Source: Anaerolineales bacterium | GTDB lineage: Bacteria > Chloroflexota > Anaerolineae > Anaerolineales > Villigracilaceae | Length of the DNA stretch: 64,000 nt | Assembly (NCBI GenBank): GCA_035463255.1 | Contig: DATHTL010000139.1 | Location: forward strand, 2,279-66,278 | Direction: 5' to 3' | Shown here: piece after piece, positions 55,184 through 64,000 of the stretch | How positions within the stretch are numbered: the first letter of the stretch is position 1 | Layout of the letters: each line of letters begins with the position of its first letter | Translations under genes and position numbers: made by a program | Notes under the pieces: generated by a model | Database searches by the model: none | What the model was told of the DNA's origin: nothing | Seen by the model: the letters and a program-made list of their open reading frames with translations, nothing else

Positions 55184-56323
55184 GTGAGCAATTGGCCCGG
55201 GAAGTATGTCATTGGTCTGACAGGTAATGTCGCAACCGGCAAAAGCGTTGTACGCCGCATGCTGGAACATCTTGGCGCGTACACCATCGACGCCGATGCC
55301 CTCTCGCATCGCGTCATTTCAAAAGGCGCGCCAGGTTACCAGCCCGTTCTGGAAACTTTCGGTAAGTGGCTGCTCGACAAGGACGGACAGATCAACCGCA
55401 GCAAGCTGGGAAGCCTCGTCTTTTCGGATCCTGAAGCCCTGGCACAACTGGAAGCGATCATCCATCCGTTTGTTGGGCAGGCCATCGACATCCTGGTCCG
55501 GCGAGCCAGCCAGAGGGTGATCGTGGTCGAAGCGATCAAGCTGCTGGAGTCAAACCTGCGGGCAAAATGTGACACGATCTGGGTCACCGATGCACCCCAG
55601 GAAATCCAGGTGGAGCGACTGATGCGCAAGCGCAGCATGAGCCAGGAAGATGCTTTGCAGCGTGTTCAGATGCAACCTGCGCAGAAGATAAAGCTCCACG
55701 CGGCCAATACGGTCATTACCAACCACGGCTCCTACGATGACCTGTGGAAACAGGTCAATGAAGCCTGGAAGAGGGCACTGCCTTCCGAGGAGCCCGGCCC
55801 TGCAACACAGGTCATCACCAAGCCTGCAGCCGGATCACTCTCGCTGCAACGCGCGAAGCCCCGTGACGCCCAAAAGATCGCCGACCTGATCACACGCTTA
55901 AGCAAAGGCAAGCGCACTATGACGCAGGACCAGGCAATGGAAGCGTTTGGTGATAAAGCGTTCCTCCTGCTTCTCATGGATCAGGAACTCGTTGGCATTA
56001 TAGGCTGGCAGGTGGAAAACCTCGTCGCACGGATCACCGATCTTTTCCTCGACCATCGCGTCGCTCCTGCGCAAGCGCTGCCTCTAATGATCCAGGAAGT
56101 CGAACGCGCCTCGGGCGACCTGCAGTGTGAGGCCGCTCTGATCTTCCCGCCTATGGATCTGGTCGGTTTTGACAGTGTTTGGAGACAGATGGGATACGAG
56201 CGACGCGCGCCGAGTGCACTGGGCGTGCAAGCCTGGGAAGACGCCGCGCTCGAATCGATGCCGAGTGGTTCAGCTCTATTCTTCAAGCAACTTCGCACCG
56301 ACCGTGTCCTACGACCGATCTAG
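55184..56323 (+). CDS. coaE: Dephospho-CoA kinase with C-terminal GNAT-like domain
   Basis: IGLTGNVATGKS, IDAD, INRSKLG, LEAIIHP; extra ~165-aa domain with acetyltransferase-like topology. Confidence 0.88.
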   Translation: MSNWPGKYVIGLTGNVATGKSVVRRMLEHLGAYTIDADALSHRVISKGAPGYQPVLETFGKWLLDKDGQINRSKLGSLVFSDPEALAQLEAIIHPFVGQAIDILVRRASQRVIVVEAIKLLESNLRAKCDTIWVTDAPQEIQVERLMRKRSMSQEDALQRVQMQPAQKIKLHAANTVITNHGSYDDLWKQVNEAWKRALPSEEPGPATQVITKPAAGSLSLQRAKPRDAQKIADLITRLSKGKRTMTQDQAMEAFGDKAFLLLLMDQELVGIIGWQVENLVARITDLFLDHRVAPAQALPLMIQEVERASGDLQCEAALIFPPMDLVGFDSVWRQMGYERRAPSALGVQAWEDAALESMPSGSALFFKQLRTDRVLRPI

Positions 56324-56474
56324 GAACCTGGCATACAAGGCGTATTACGCCTCTTGATCAAAGCAATTATTTCAGGGCGGGAAGTTGTTGCCAATCGGCG
56401 CGGAAACCGTCATGGTTTATATATTCTAAGCCGAGATTCAGCGACCGAGACTATACTGACTGACGCGTTCATAA

Positions 56475-57347
56475 ATGGCGAATTTTCTTAATAACCTCCT
56501 CTTTGTCTTTGAGCGCCTAGACTGGTTGAGCGTTCTCGATATCCTGCTTGTCACGCTAATTTTCTTTGTATTGCTCTATTCTCTGCGCGATACACAGGCA
56601 ATGGTGCTTCTGCGAGGCGTGATCTTCCTCGTGGTGGCGCTGGTATTACTGACAACTTTGGTGGAACTGCCTGCCTTCTCCTGGCTGGTCCAGAGCACTT
56701 TGCCAGCTCTACTCCTCGCCATCCCGGTTATCTTCGCGCCAGAGATTCGCCGTGCGCTGGAGCGACTCGGGCGCGCCGGAACGGTCACCATTATTCAGTC
56801 CTCCAGCCAGGCCACAGATGAAGAGGTGCAAAAGGCGCTGCATGCCGTGGTGGAGGCTGCCGCGCGGCTCTCTGCACGCCAGCACGGCGCACTGATCGTC
56901 ATTCAACGCATGGACAGTCTCGATCAATATATCGAGACTGGTGTGCAAATGCGCGCGCACGTGACGCCGGAACTGCTGCTACAGATCTTCTATCCCGATA
57001 CACCTTTGCATGACGGCGCAGTGGTCATTGCGCAGGGACGCATGGTGGCCGCGGCTTGTGTGATGCCCCTCTCGGCAAGCGGCATTCTTAATCGCTCCCC
57101 CGAACGCCAAATGGGCCTTCGCCATCGTGCGGCACTGGGGATCTCCGAGGTCAGCGATGCGATCGCCGTGGTCGTTTCCGAGCAAAGCGGTTCCATCTCG
57201 ATCGCCCACGCGGGCCGCATGATTCGCCGCATCGATCCCGAACGGCTTGAAAACATCCTCGCAGCCTTCTTCCGGCCCGATGCAACCATGCCGCAACGGG
57301 CATGGTTGAGAAAAGTCTTCCCGCACATGTTCCGTAAGGATGAGTAA
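56475..57347 (+). CDS. cdaA: Diadenylate cyclase CdaA
   Basis: Three TM helices, FAPEIRRALE, PLHDGA, GLRHRAA, VVSEQSG. Confidence 0.95.
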   Translation: MANFLNNLLFVFERLDWLSVLDILLVTLIFFVLLYSLRDTQAMVLLRGVIFLVVALVLLTTLVELPAFSWLVQSTLPALLLAIPVIFAPEIRRALERLGRAGTVTIIQSSSQATDEEVQKALHAVVEAAARLSARQHGALIVIQRMDSLDQYIETGVQMRAHVTPELLLQIFYPDTPLHDGAVVIAQGRMVAAACVMPLSASGILNRSPERQMGLRHRAALGISEVSDAIAVVVSEQSGSISIAHAGRMIRRIDPERLENILAAFFRPDATMPQRAWLRKVFPHMFRKDE

Positions 57348-58602
57348 CATGCGCATGTTTGCAAAGAACCTCCGTACGTTCCTCCTGTCGCTCGTGCTGG
57401 GCGTTTCTGTTTGGGTATCGGCCGTCAGCGCGGCCAATCCTAATGAAGTGGGTACATTCCCGCGACCGATCCCCATCGAAGTTGTCGGGCAGGATCCCTC
57501 ACTTGTACTAACCAGTGAGATACCCTCAACGATGCAGCTAACTCTGCGTGCCCCTCGTTCCGTCTGGGACGCGTTAACAGCCAATGAAGATTCTGTACAG
57601 GCAACGCTCGATCTTTCGGGGCTCAGTGCAGGCGAACATTCGCAGGAGATTCAGATCGCGGTCGCGGCGCGGCCGTACCAGATCGTGCTCGCGAACCCTT
57701 CAGCTGTTCCCGTGGTTCTTGAATCCATCTCCAGCCAGACGTTTCCCCTTTCCCTTTCGCTGACCGGGCAACCCGCGGCCGGCTATCAGGTGGGCGAGGC
57801 AACGATGGAATTGACGGAAGTCACAGTCTCAGGTCCTGAGTCACTTGTACTGCAAGCCACGCGGGCGCGCGTCCTTGTCAGCCTCGACGGTGTTCGTGAG
57901 AGCATCGAGGAGTCTATTCCCATCCAGATCCTGAACGCACAAAATGAAGTATTGCAGGGCCTTACGATCAATCCCGAAGCGGTGCAGGTAAACATTCCCA
58001 TCAGCCAGCAAGGTGGCTTCCGCGATGTGGCAGTCAAAGTGGTCGTGCAGGGACAGCAAGCGGCCGGGTATCGCATCGAGAACATTTCCGTCTTCCCGCC
58101 TGTGATCACGGTCTTTGCCTCCGACCCTGAGCTGGTGAGTGAACTACCCGGTGTCGTCGAGACACAACCCCTCAGCCTGGACGATCGTAAAGAGGATATT
58201 TCGACGCGCCTCTCCCTCAATCTCCCTGAAAATATCACGGTTGTCGGCGCGCAGACGGTGCAGGTGCAGGTAAGCATCTCACCTATTCAGACCAGTGTTA
58301 CACTCTCGAACCAACCGATCAGTGTGAACGGGCTTGAAGAAGGCTTAGCGGCCCAGGTCTTCCCCGAGACTGTGGATGTGATCGTCTCAGGGCCTCTGCC
58401 TGTGCTGGATACATTGGTATCGCAAGAGGATATCGTAGTATCCGTGGATGCCTCCGGCTTGGAGATTGGCACCTATCAGCTCACGCCAGAAGTCAGGGCG
58501 TTGGTGGATAATGTACTGGTAGAATCCATCTTGCCTGGCACGGTGGAAGTGGTCATCTCCCCGCCAGTCACGCCGACGATTACACCGTTCCCAACACCAT
58601 AA
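57340..58602 (+). CDS. cdaR: CdaR (YbbR-like repeat) protein
   Basis: N-terminal anchor plus repeated beta-rich YbbR units (VTVSGP, VIVSGP); overlaps the cdaA stop. Confidence 0.88.
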   Translation: MSNMRMFAKNLRTFLLSLVLGVSVWVSAVSAANPNEVGTFPRPIPIEVVGQDPSLVLTSEIPSTMQLTLRAPRSVWDALTANEDSVQATLDLSGLSAGEHSQEIQIAVAARPYQIVLANPSAVPVVLESISSQTFPLSLSLTGQPAAGYQVGEATMELTEVTVSGPESLVLQATRARVLVSLDGVRESIEESIPIQILNAQNEVLQGLTINPEAVQVNIPISQQGGFRDVAVKVVVQGQQAAGYRIENISVFPPVITVFASDPELVSELPGVVETQPLSLDDRKEDISTRLSLNLPENITVVGAQTVQVQVSISPIQTSVTLSNQPISVNGLEEGLAAQVFPETVDVIVSGPLPVLDTLVSQEDIVVSVDASGLEIGTYQLTPEVRALVDNVLVESILPGTVEVVISPPVTPTITPFPTP

Positions 58603-58681
58603 CTCAAACACAAAGAACATAAAGTAGGTCTTTCCCTGAAAGATGCAGCAAACCTTCGTGTCCTTTGTTAGAAAAGAAATT

Positions 58682-60049
58682 ATGCCTAAACCAATTGTTG
58701 CGCTCGTTGGCAGACCCAACGTAGGAAAAAGCACCTTATTCAACCGCCTGGTCGGGGAGCGTATGGCCATCGTGGACGATACCCCCGGCACAACGCGCGA
58801 CCGTCTATTCGGGGAAGCCGAATGGAACGGGCGCGCTTTCCACGTGGTGGATACAGGCGGCATCGATCCGACCCATGGCGGTAGGACCCCCTTATCGATC
58901 GGCTCTGCAGATTTCATTGACGATATCCGCCTACAGGCGAAGGTCGCCATCGATGAAGCGGATGCAGTTCTCTTTGTCAACGATGGCGAAACAGGTGTTA
59001 CAGCTGCGGATCTTGAAGTTGCAGACATCCTCCGCCGCTCACAGAAAAAATTACCAGATGGAACGTTCTGGCCCCCGATCTTTGTGGTGGCCAATAAAAC
59101 AGAATCTAGAGAGCGGCGGGACGCGGCTCCTCAATTTTACGAGTTGGGGCTGGGTGAGCCGTATGCTGTTTCGGCGGTACATGGGACAGGGACCGGTGAC
59201 CTGCTCGATGCGCTGGTTGCCGCTTTCCCCCCGCAGGATGCGCAAGAGGAAGATGACAGCATTAAGATTGCCATTGTAGGCAAACCCAATGCGGGCAAGT
59301 CGAGTCTTCTAAACAAACTAGTCGGAGGAGAACGCGCCATCGTCAGCCCGATCCCGGGAACTACGCGCGATGCCACCGACACTAAGATCGAGTTCAACGG
59401 TCTGCCGATCACGTTGATCGACACGGCCGGCATCCGCAAGCGTGGCAAGATCGAGCCCGGTGTAGAGCAGTTTAGCGTGCTGCGCTCCTTCAAAGCCATC
59501 GAGCGCGCCGACGTGGCACTGCTGATGATCGACGCGACCACGGGGATTACCTCACAGGACGCCCACATTGCCGGCTTCATTCTCGAGGAATGGAAATCGT
59601 GCGTGGTGATTGTCAACAAATGGGACGCGGTGGAGAAGGATGCCTACACCATGGAGGAATACACGCGCAAGATCCGCGCCGACTTGAACTTCATGGATTA
59701 CGTCCCGCTGCTGTTCATCTCCGCCAAGACCGGCCAGCGCGTCGACCAGGTGCTGCCGATGGCGCTGCGCGTGCAGGAAGAGCGTCTCGCCCGCCTGACA
59801 ACCTCCAAGATCAATGAGGTCATCCACAAAGCCCAGGACGCGCACCCCCACCCTTCCCACGCGGGAAGACAGTTGAAGATGTTCTACGGCACCCAGGTCC
59901 GCTCCGACCCGCCTACGTTTATGATCTACGTCAATGATCCGAAGCTGATGCACTTCACGTATCTTCGTTATCTGGAGAACCAGATCCGCGCGGAGTATGG
60001 TTTTTTGGGGACGCCGATACGAATTGTGACGAAGGGGAGACGCGAGTAA
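58682..60049 (+). CDS. der: Ribosome biogenesis GTPase Der
   Basis: Two G domains: GRPNVGKS/DTGG/NKTE and GKPNAGKS/DTAG/NKWD; YLENQIR...GTPI tail. Confidence 0.97.
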   Translation: MPKPIVALVGRPNVGKSTLFNRLVGERMAIVDDTPGTTRDRLFGEAEWNGRAFHVVDTGGIDPTHGGRTPLSIGSADFIDDIRLQAKVAIDEADAVLFVNDGETGVTAADLEVADILRRSQKKLPDGTFWPPIFVVANKTESRERRDAAPQFYELGLGEPYAVSAVHGTGTGDLLDALVAAFPPQDAQEEDDSIKIAIVGKPNAGKSSLLNKLVGGERAIVSPIPGTTRDATDTKIEFNGLPITLIDTAGIRKRGKIEPGVEQFSVLRSFKAIERADVALLMIDATTGITSQDAHIAGFILEEWKSCVVIVNKWDAVEKDAYTMEEYTRKIRADLNFMDYVPLLFISAKTGQRVDQVLPMALRVQEERLARLTTSKINEVIHKAQDAHPHPSHAGRQLKMFYGTQVRSDPPTFMIYVNDPKLMHFTYLRYLENQIRAEYGFLGTPIRIVTKGRRE

Positions 60050-60088
60050 TCTTCTATCATTCATAGAAACTCGTAACTGAAATTGTTC

Positions 60089-60733
60089 ATGCCCCAAAAA
60101 CGACGACGCGTATCCCGGCGCTGGATGAATACAGCCGCGCTTCTTATTCTGGTCGCGCTAGCGGCCTATTCTCCGATTGTTAACTGGTGGCAAGGCCTTC
60201 CCTCCAGCAGCAAATTTCTCCTGCTGGCAGTGACAGGCTTTGTCCTCATGATAGGAAACGGTGGAGTGTTTGCATTCCTTGTTTATCGCAAACACGAACG
60301 TGAACGGATCTGGCGGCTTGCGATGGCCGGATGGCAAAACGGTTCGCGAAGTGCTGAAAACAGGCAGAGGCAATCTGCTATACATTTATCAGACTTGGAG
60401 CTCGAAAAGTTGGCAGAACAAGTCTATAAAAAATTAGGCTATAGGGTCCAACATGTCGGGCAAACAGGCGATCATGGCATAGACGTCCTGCTCACCAATC
60501 CAAATAACCAGAAAGAAATTGTCCAGTGCAAACAGTGGAGTAAACCCGTTGGCGAAGCCGCGCTCAGAGACCTCTACGGGGCCATGATGCACGATCGCGC
60601 CATACGCGGCTGGATCTGGGCCCCGCGCGGCTTCAGCGGACCTGCCAGAGCCTGGGCAAAAGGCAAGCCAATCGTTCTGGTGGATGATATGGAGATCGAT
60701 CGTTTGATCGGGATAGCGTATAAGAATAAATAG
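60089..60733 (+). CDS. Membrane-anchored Mrr-like restriction endonuclease domain protein
   Basis: Two TM helices, then ELEKL...LGY...GDHGID...VQCK...VGEAALRDLYG...FSGPA. Confidence 0.8.
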   Translation: MPQKRRRVSRRWMNTAALLILVALAAYSPIVNWWQGLPSSSKFLLLAVTGFVLMIGNGGVFAFLVYRKHERERIWRLAMAGWQNGSRSAENRQRQSAIHLSDLELEKLAEQVYKKLGYRVQHVGQTGDHGIDVLLTNPNNQKEIVQCKQWSKPVGEAALRDLYGAMMHDRAIRGWIWAPRGFSGPARAWAKGKPIVLVDDMEIDRLIGIAYKNK

Positions 60734-60821
60734 ACACAAACCGGCTAACGAATTTTCTGGAACAACTTAATTAACAATCCCGTTAAATCAGCAACTCACT
60801 TCACCGCTGGAAGAAACATCT

Positions 60822-61700
60822 ATGAAACACATCGCAATCCTCTTCCTCTTTTTGCATTTATTCTGCAGTTCTTGTCCACCTGTGGTACAGGTTGCAACAG
60901 TTCCAGCCATGCGAGAATCGACGAGGACACCAACGAGCCTGCCAAAACTGACCTTTACACCGACCTCGCTGTCAGTGATCACACTAACACCCACGTTTAC
61001 ACTCACAATCGCTCCAACACTCGATCCTATCCGCAGGACACCACCAACGCTCATGCTGCACCGCCCCAGCCTTCAGTTTGATTCGCTGGCGTTTCTAAAA
61101 GAATTTATCAAGATCCTCCAGCAAAACAACATGAGCGTAGTGACATATCGGGACATCTCTGTAAACCCGGATCTCACGGCGACGGAATCAGGGAAACTAT
61201 TCGTCATCACCATTGATGATATTTCCCTTGCCTACCCTATGAATCGACAGGTGATCGAGATGACCGAGGTATTGAGAGAAGCCGGTTATCCCGCTGTGCT
61301 GGGCGTCGTCACAGAGACAGATTATCCCTTTCCAGAAACTGTCACTCTATTAAAAGAGCTTTCCGAATCAGGCTGGGAGATTGCATCACACACAGATCAT
61401 CACGCCAACCTGGGAAAATTGGAGAAGGCATCCGCCAATTTAGTTTATCAAGAGGTCACAACCAGCCTGGATAAAATTGAAAAAGCCATTGGCATCCGTC
61501 CGATCACGTTAGTTTTACCGGAAGGCCAGATGGTGGACTATATGGAGACACTCGATCATATGCATCTTCAGTGGGTCGTGGGTATAAATGGTGGAGTGAG
61601 ATATGACAGTCGGGACAAGATCACTTACGTAGGGCGAGAAGGACCGAGCAAGAACGCCGAATACACGTATAAGATCATGAAGATGAGGTTTGGGTTTTGA
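60822..61700 (+). CDS. Polysaccharide deacetylase family lipoprotein
   Basis: Signal peptide, Thr/Pro linker, LMLH, ITIDD, WEIASHTDHH, LPEG. Confidence 0.82.
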   Translation: MKHIAILFLFLHLFCSSCPPVVQVATVPAMRESTRTPTSLPKLTFTPTSLSVITLTPTFTLTIAPTLDPIRRTPPTLMLHRPSLQFDSLAFLKEFIKILQQNNMSVVTYRDISVNPDLTATESGKLFVITIDDISLAYPMNRQVIEMTEVLREAGYPAVLGVVTETDYPFPETVTLLKELSESGWEIASHTDHHANLGKLEKASANLVYQEVTTSLDKIEKAIGIRPITLVLPEGQMVDYMETLDHMHLQWVVGINGGVRYDSRDKITYVGREGPSKNAEYTYKIMKMRFGF

Positions 61701-61784
61701 CAGTGATCAGCTATTTGCGTGGGCTTTAAACCAACAGTTAGGCACTCACAGCTTATAATCAATGTGCTGCTGAGGGCATCACTT

Positions 61785-63407
61785 ATGCAGAACATCTATG
61801 ACTATGTGATTATAGGCGCTGGTTTTGGGGGCAGTGTCTCCGCGATGAGACTGACCGAAAAAGGCTATTCCGTCCTCGTGCTCGAAAAAGGCAAACGCTT
61901 CACAGAGAATGATTTTGCTAAATCCAACTGGCAATTCTGGAAATATCTTTGGCTGCCGGCCCTGCGTGCCCACGGGATTCTGCAGATCAGCCTTCTCAAA
62001 GGGTTGATGGTCTTGCACGGAGCGGGTGTCGGCGGCGGGAGCCTGGGGTACGCCAATGTGCTTGAAATCCCAAGTAACGAGACCTTTGCCACACCCGCCT
62101 GGAACCAGAATATGAAATGGGGCGAAGTGCTCTGTCCGCATTATGAAACAGCAAAGCGGATGCTCGGCGCGACGCGCAATCTCCAATTATGGAACGCCGA
62201 TCACGTGCTCCGGCAAATGGCAGAGGAACAATGCATGGGACACACGTTCCGCGCCACAGACGTGGGTGTATATTTCGGCGAGGCAGACGTTACGGTCCCC
62301 GATCCATATTTCGGCGGCGAAGGCCCGGCCCGCGCGGGCTGCAATCACTGCGGCGGGTGCATGGTTGGGTGCCGTCATAACGCCAAGAATACGCTGCCAA
62401 AGAATTATCTGTATTTTGCGGAAAAGAATGGGGCGGAAGTTAAAGCAGAGGTGGAAGTGATTGATGTCAAACCGTGGAATGTGGGCCCTGGATGGTCAAC
62501 GGTCGACGGTTCACCGCCCCCACACTATGCCGTGATCTATCAATCCTCCACTTCTCTCATCAAACGTAAACATATTGTCTACGCGAAAAACGTCGTTTTC
62601 TCAGCGGGCGTGATGGGAACGATGAAACTGCTGCTCAACCTGCGCGATGTGAAACGTTCGCTGCCCGGGCTGTCGGGGAGACTCGGCCAGATGGTTCGGA
62701 CCAACTCGGAGGCGTTGCTGGGAAGCCTGGCGCGCAAGTCCGACATCAATTATTCGCAGGGAGTCGCGATCTCCTCGATCTACAACCACGATGAGATGAC
62801 CCGCATCGAGCCCGTCCGCTACCCGGATGGATCGTCGCTGATGCGCTTTCTTGCCGCGCCGTTGATCGACACGGACGTCAGTGTGCCCGTCCGCCTGCTG
62901 AAATTTCTCGTCTGGGTGCTGACCCATCCGCTTGATTTTGCGAAGGCGATGATCCTGCCGGGCTGGGCACACAATGTGACCATCCTGCTCGTCATGCAGC
63001 CCGCAGATAAGCGAATGCGCCTGCGTATCGGACGAAGCGGTTTTACTCTGTTCCGCCGCGGCATGGTAGCAGAAAATGAACCTGGTTACGAAATCCACGC
63101 CCATGTGCGAGGCTCACATGAGTTGACTCGCGAGTTTGCTAAGCGGACAAACGGGATCGCGCTCGGCTCGCTCGGGGAGAACCTGCTGGGCTTGCCAACC
63201 ACCGCGCACATCCTCGGCGGCGCCCCGATTGGGCAGACTGCCGAGGAAGGCGTGGTGAACGAACGCTTCGAAGTGCACAACTACCCCGGACTATACATCA
63301 TCGATGGCTCGATCATGCCGGCCAACCCCGGCGTCAACCCCTCGTTGACGATCACCGCGCTGGCAGAATATGCGATGAGCAAGATTCAAAACAAATCCGT
63401 TGATTGA
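61785..63407 (+). CDS. GMC family oxidoreductase (cholesterol oxidase ChoD-like)
   Basis: IGAGFGGSV, GVGGGSL, CNHCGGCMVGC, TAHILGG, NPSLTITALAE. Confidence 0.9.
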   Translation: MQNIYDYVIIGAGFGGSVSAMRLTEKGYSVLVLEKGKRFTENDFAKSNWQFWKYLWLPALRAHGILQISLLKGLMVLHGAGVGGGSLGYANVLEIPSNETFATPAWNQNMKWGEVLCPHYETAKRMLGATRNLQLWNADHVLRQMAEEQCMGHTFRATDVGVYFGEADVTVPDPYFGGEGPARAGCNHCGGCMVGCRHNAKNTLPKNYLYFAEKNGAEVKAEVEVIDVKPWNVGPGWSTVDGSPPPHYAVIYQSSTSLIKRKHIVYAKNVVFSAGVMGTMKLLLNLRDVKRSLPGLSGRLGQMVRTNSEALLGSLARKSDINYSQGVAISSIYNHDEMTRIEPVRYPDGSSLMRFLAAPLIDTDVSVPVRLLKFLVWVLTHPLDFAKAMILPGWAHNVTILLVMQPADKRMRLRIGRSGFTLFRRGMVAENEPGYEIHAHVRGSHELTREFAKRTNGIALGSLGENLLGLPTTAHILGGAPIGQTAEEGVVNERFEVHNYPGLYIIDGSIMPANPGVNPSLTITALAEYAMSKIQNKSVD

Positions 63408-63533
63408 GTAGCCCAAGGCGGCAGCCGAGGGCATATCGAAACCAACAAGTAAGCATCAAAGTCTATATGATAATAACTCTTAATATTGGTGGTTTCGATA
63501 CGTTCATCGCTATCCGCTCGGAACTACTCAACC
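63402..63533. repeat. Inverted doublet of the GGTTGAGTAG...TATCGAAACC repeat (copy C)
   Basis: Units at 63402-63443 and 63491-63533, 47-nt spacer; the left unit contains the GMC stop codon. Confidence 0.85.
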
Positions 63534-63554
63534 ATCGTTAGAAATAAGGAAATT

Positions 63555-64000
63555 ATGACAACCTTCTCCCCCTCTCGTGAATTTGCAGCACAACTCGATG
63601 AAAAAGACTCTCTTGCATCCCACCGCGAGCAATTCATTTCAAACGATCCGAATCTGATTTACCTGGATAGTAATTCTCTCGGGCGCCTGCCCAACTCTGT
63701 CATCGAGCGTATGAAAAAAGCTGTTGAAGAGGAATGGGGCACCGACCTCATCCGCGGCTGGAACAAAGGCTGGTGGGAAGCGCCCACGCGCATCGGCGAG
63801 AAAATCGCATTTTTGCTCGGGGCCGGCGAAAATCAGGTGGTGGCAGGGGATCAAACGTCCATCAACTTGTTTAAACTTGCAACCGCCGCGCTAACCTTGA
63901 ACTCGGGCAAGAAGCGCATCATCACAGACACGTTCAACTTTCCATCGGATCTGTACATCCTGCAGGGAATTGTAAGGCTGCTGGGAGATCGCCATGAGAT
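63555..64000 (+). CDS. kynU: Kynureninase, N-terminal part (runs off the window end)
   Basis: TAAGGA RBS; AAQLDEKDSLASHREQF, IYLDSNSLGRLP, EWGTDLIRGWN, DQTSINLFK, NFPSDLY. Confidence 0.9.
   Translation, partial: MTTFSPSREFAAQLDEKDSLASHREQFISNDPNLIYLDSNSLGRLPNSVIERMKKAVEEEWGTDLIRGWNKGWWEAPTRIGEKIAFLLGAGENQVVAGDQTSINLFKLATAALTLNSGKKRIITDTFNFPSDLYILQGIVRLLGDRHE

Noticed and set aside
56340-56460. c-di-AMP (ydaO) riboswitch upstream of cdaA, suggested by GTCGCTGAATC
   Set aside because: The motif is antisense to cdaA, and the other conserved elements (GGGGTGAA, GTAGGG, CCCGAACCCG, CAGCTAACC) are missing.
63660-63683. KynU YLDSNSLG instead of the usual YLDGNSLG as a sign of inactivation
   Set aside because: A single small-residue change with other motifs intact; the gene is truncated by the window, so nothing can be concluded.

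Overview
A 64-kb stretch of mostly core bacterial chromosome. Gene content and repeat style suggest Chloroflexota, class Anaerolineae; this is an inference, not a database match. RNA genes are tRNA-Ile2(CAT), tRNA-Gly(TCC), tRNA-Sec (selC), tRNA-Pro(GGG) and RNase P RNA. Protein-coding content includes: a bifunctional-nuclease/dnaB/DnaD/tandem-DnaC-like replication cluster; an Fe(III)-type ABC transporter; lipB and sthA with a DprE1/DprE2-like pair; two GGDEF cyclases; cdaA-cdaR-der; kbl; a REP-associated tyrosine transposase (RAYT) with REPs flanking and inside its ORF; a lipid-linked amino-sugar glycosylation cluster (GT2, WbqC, methyltransferase, WecE, GT-C-like); glpD, fmt, a CoaE-GNAT fusion, a HypA lacking His2, a GMC oxidase and partial kynU. 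The most unusual signal is the apparently empty AT-rich region between selC and tRNA-Pro. It holds degenerate copies of the tRNA-Pro 3' end and two small ORFs missing from the ORF track: a 68-aa CTG-start protein with a ribosome modulation factor (RMF)-like motif and a 48-aa single-pass membrane peptide, upstream of a TPR-GGDEF cyclase. A family of inverted repeat doublets (GGTTGAGTAG...TATCGAAACC) occurs three times. No CRISPR array, prophage or intact IS was seen. All calls come from motif reading by eye.
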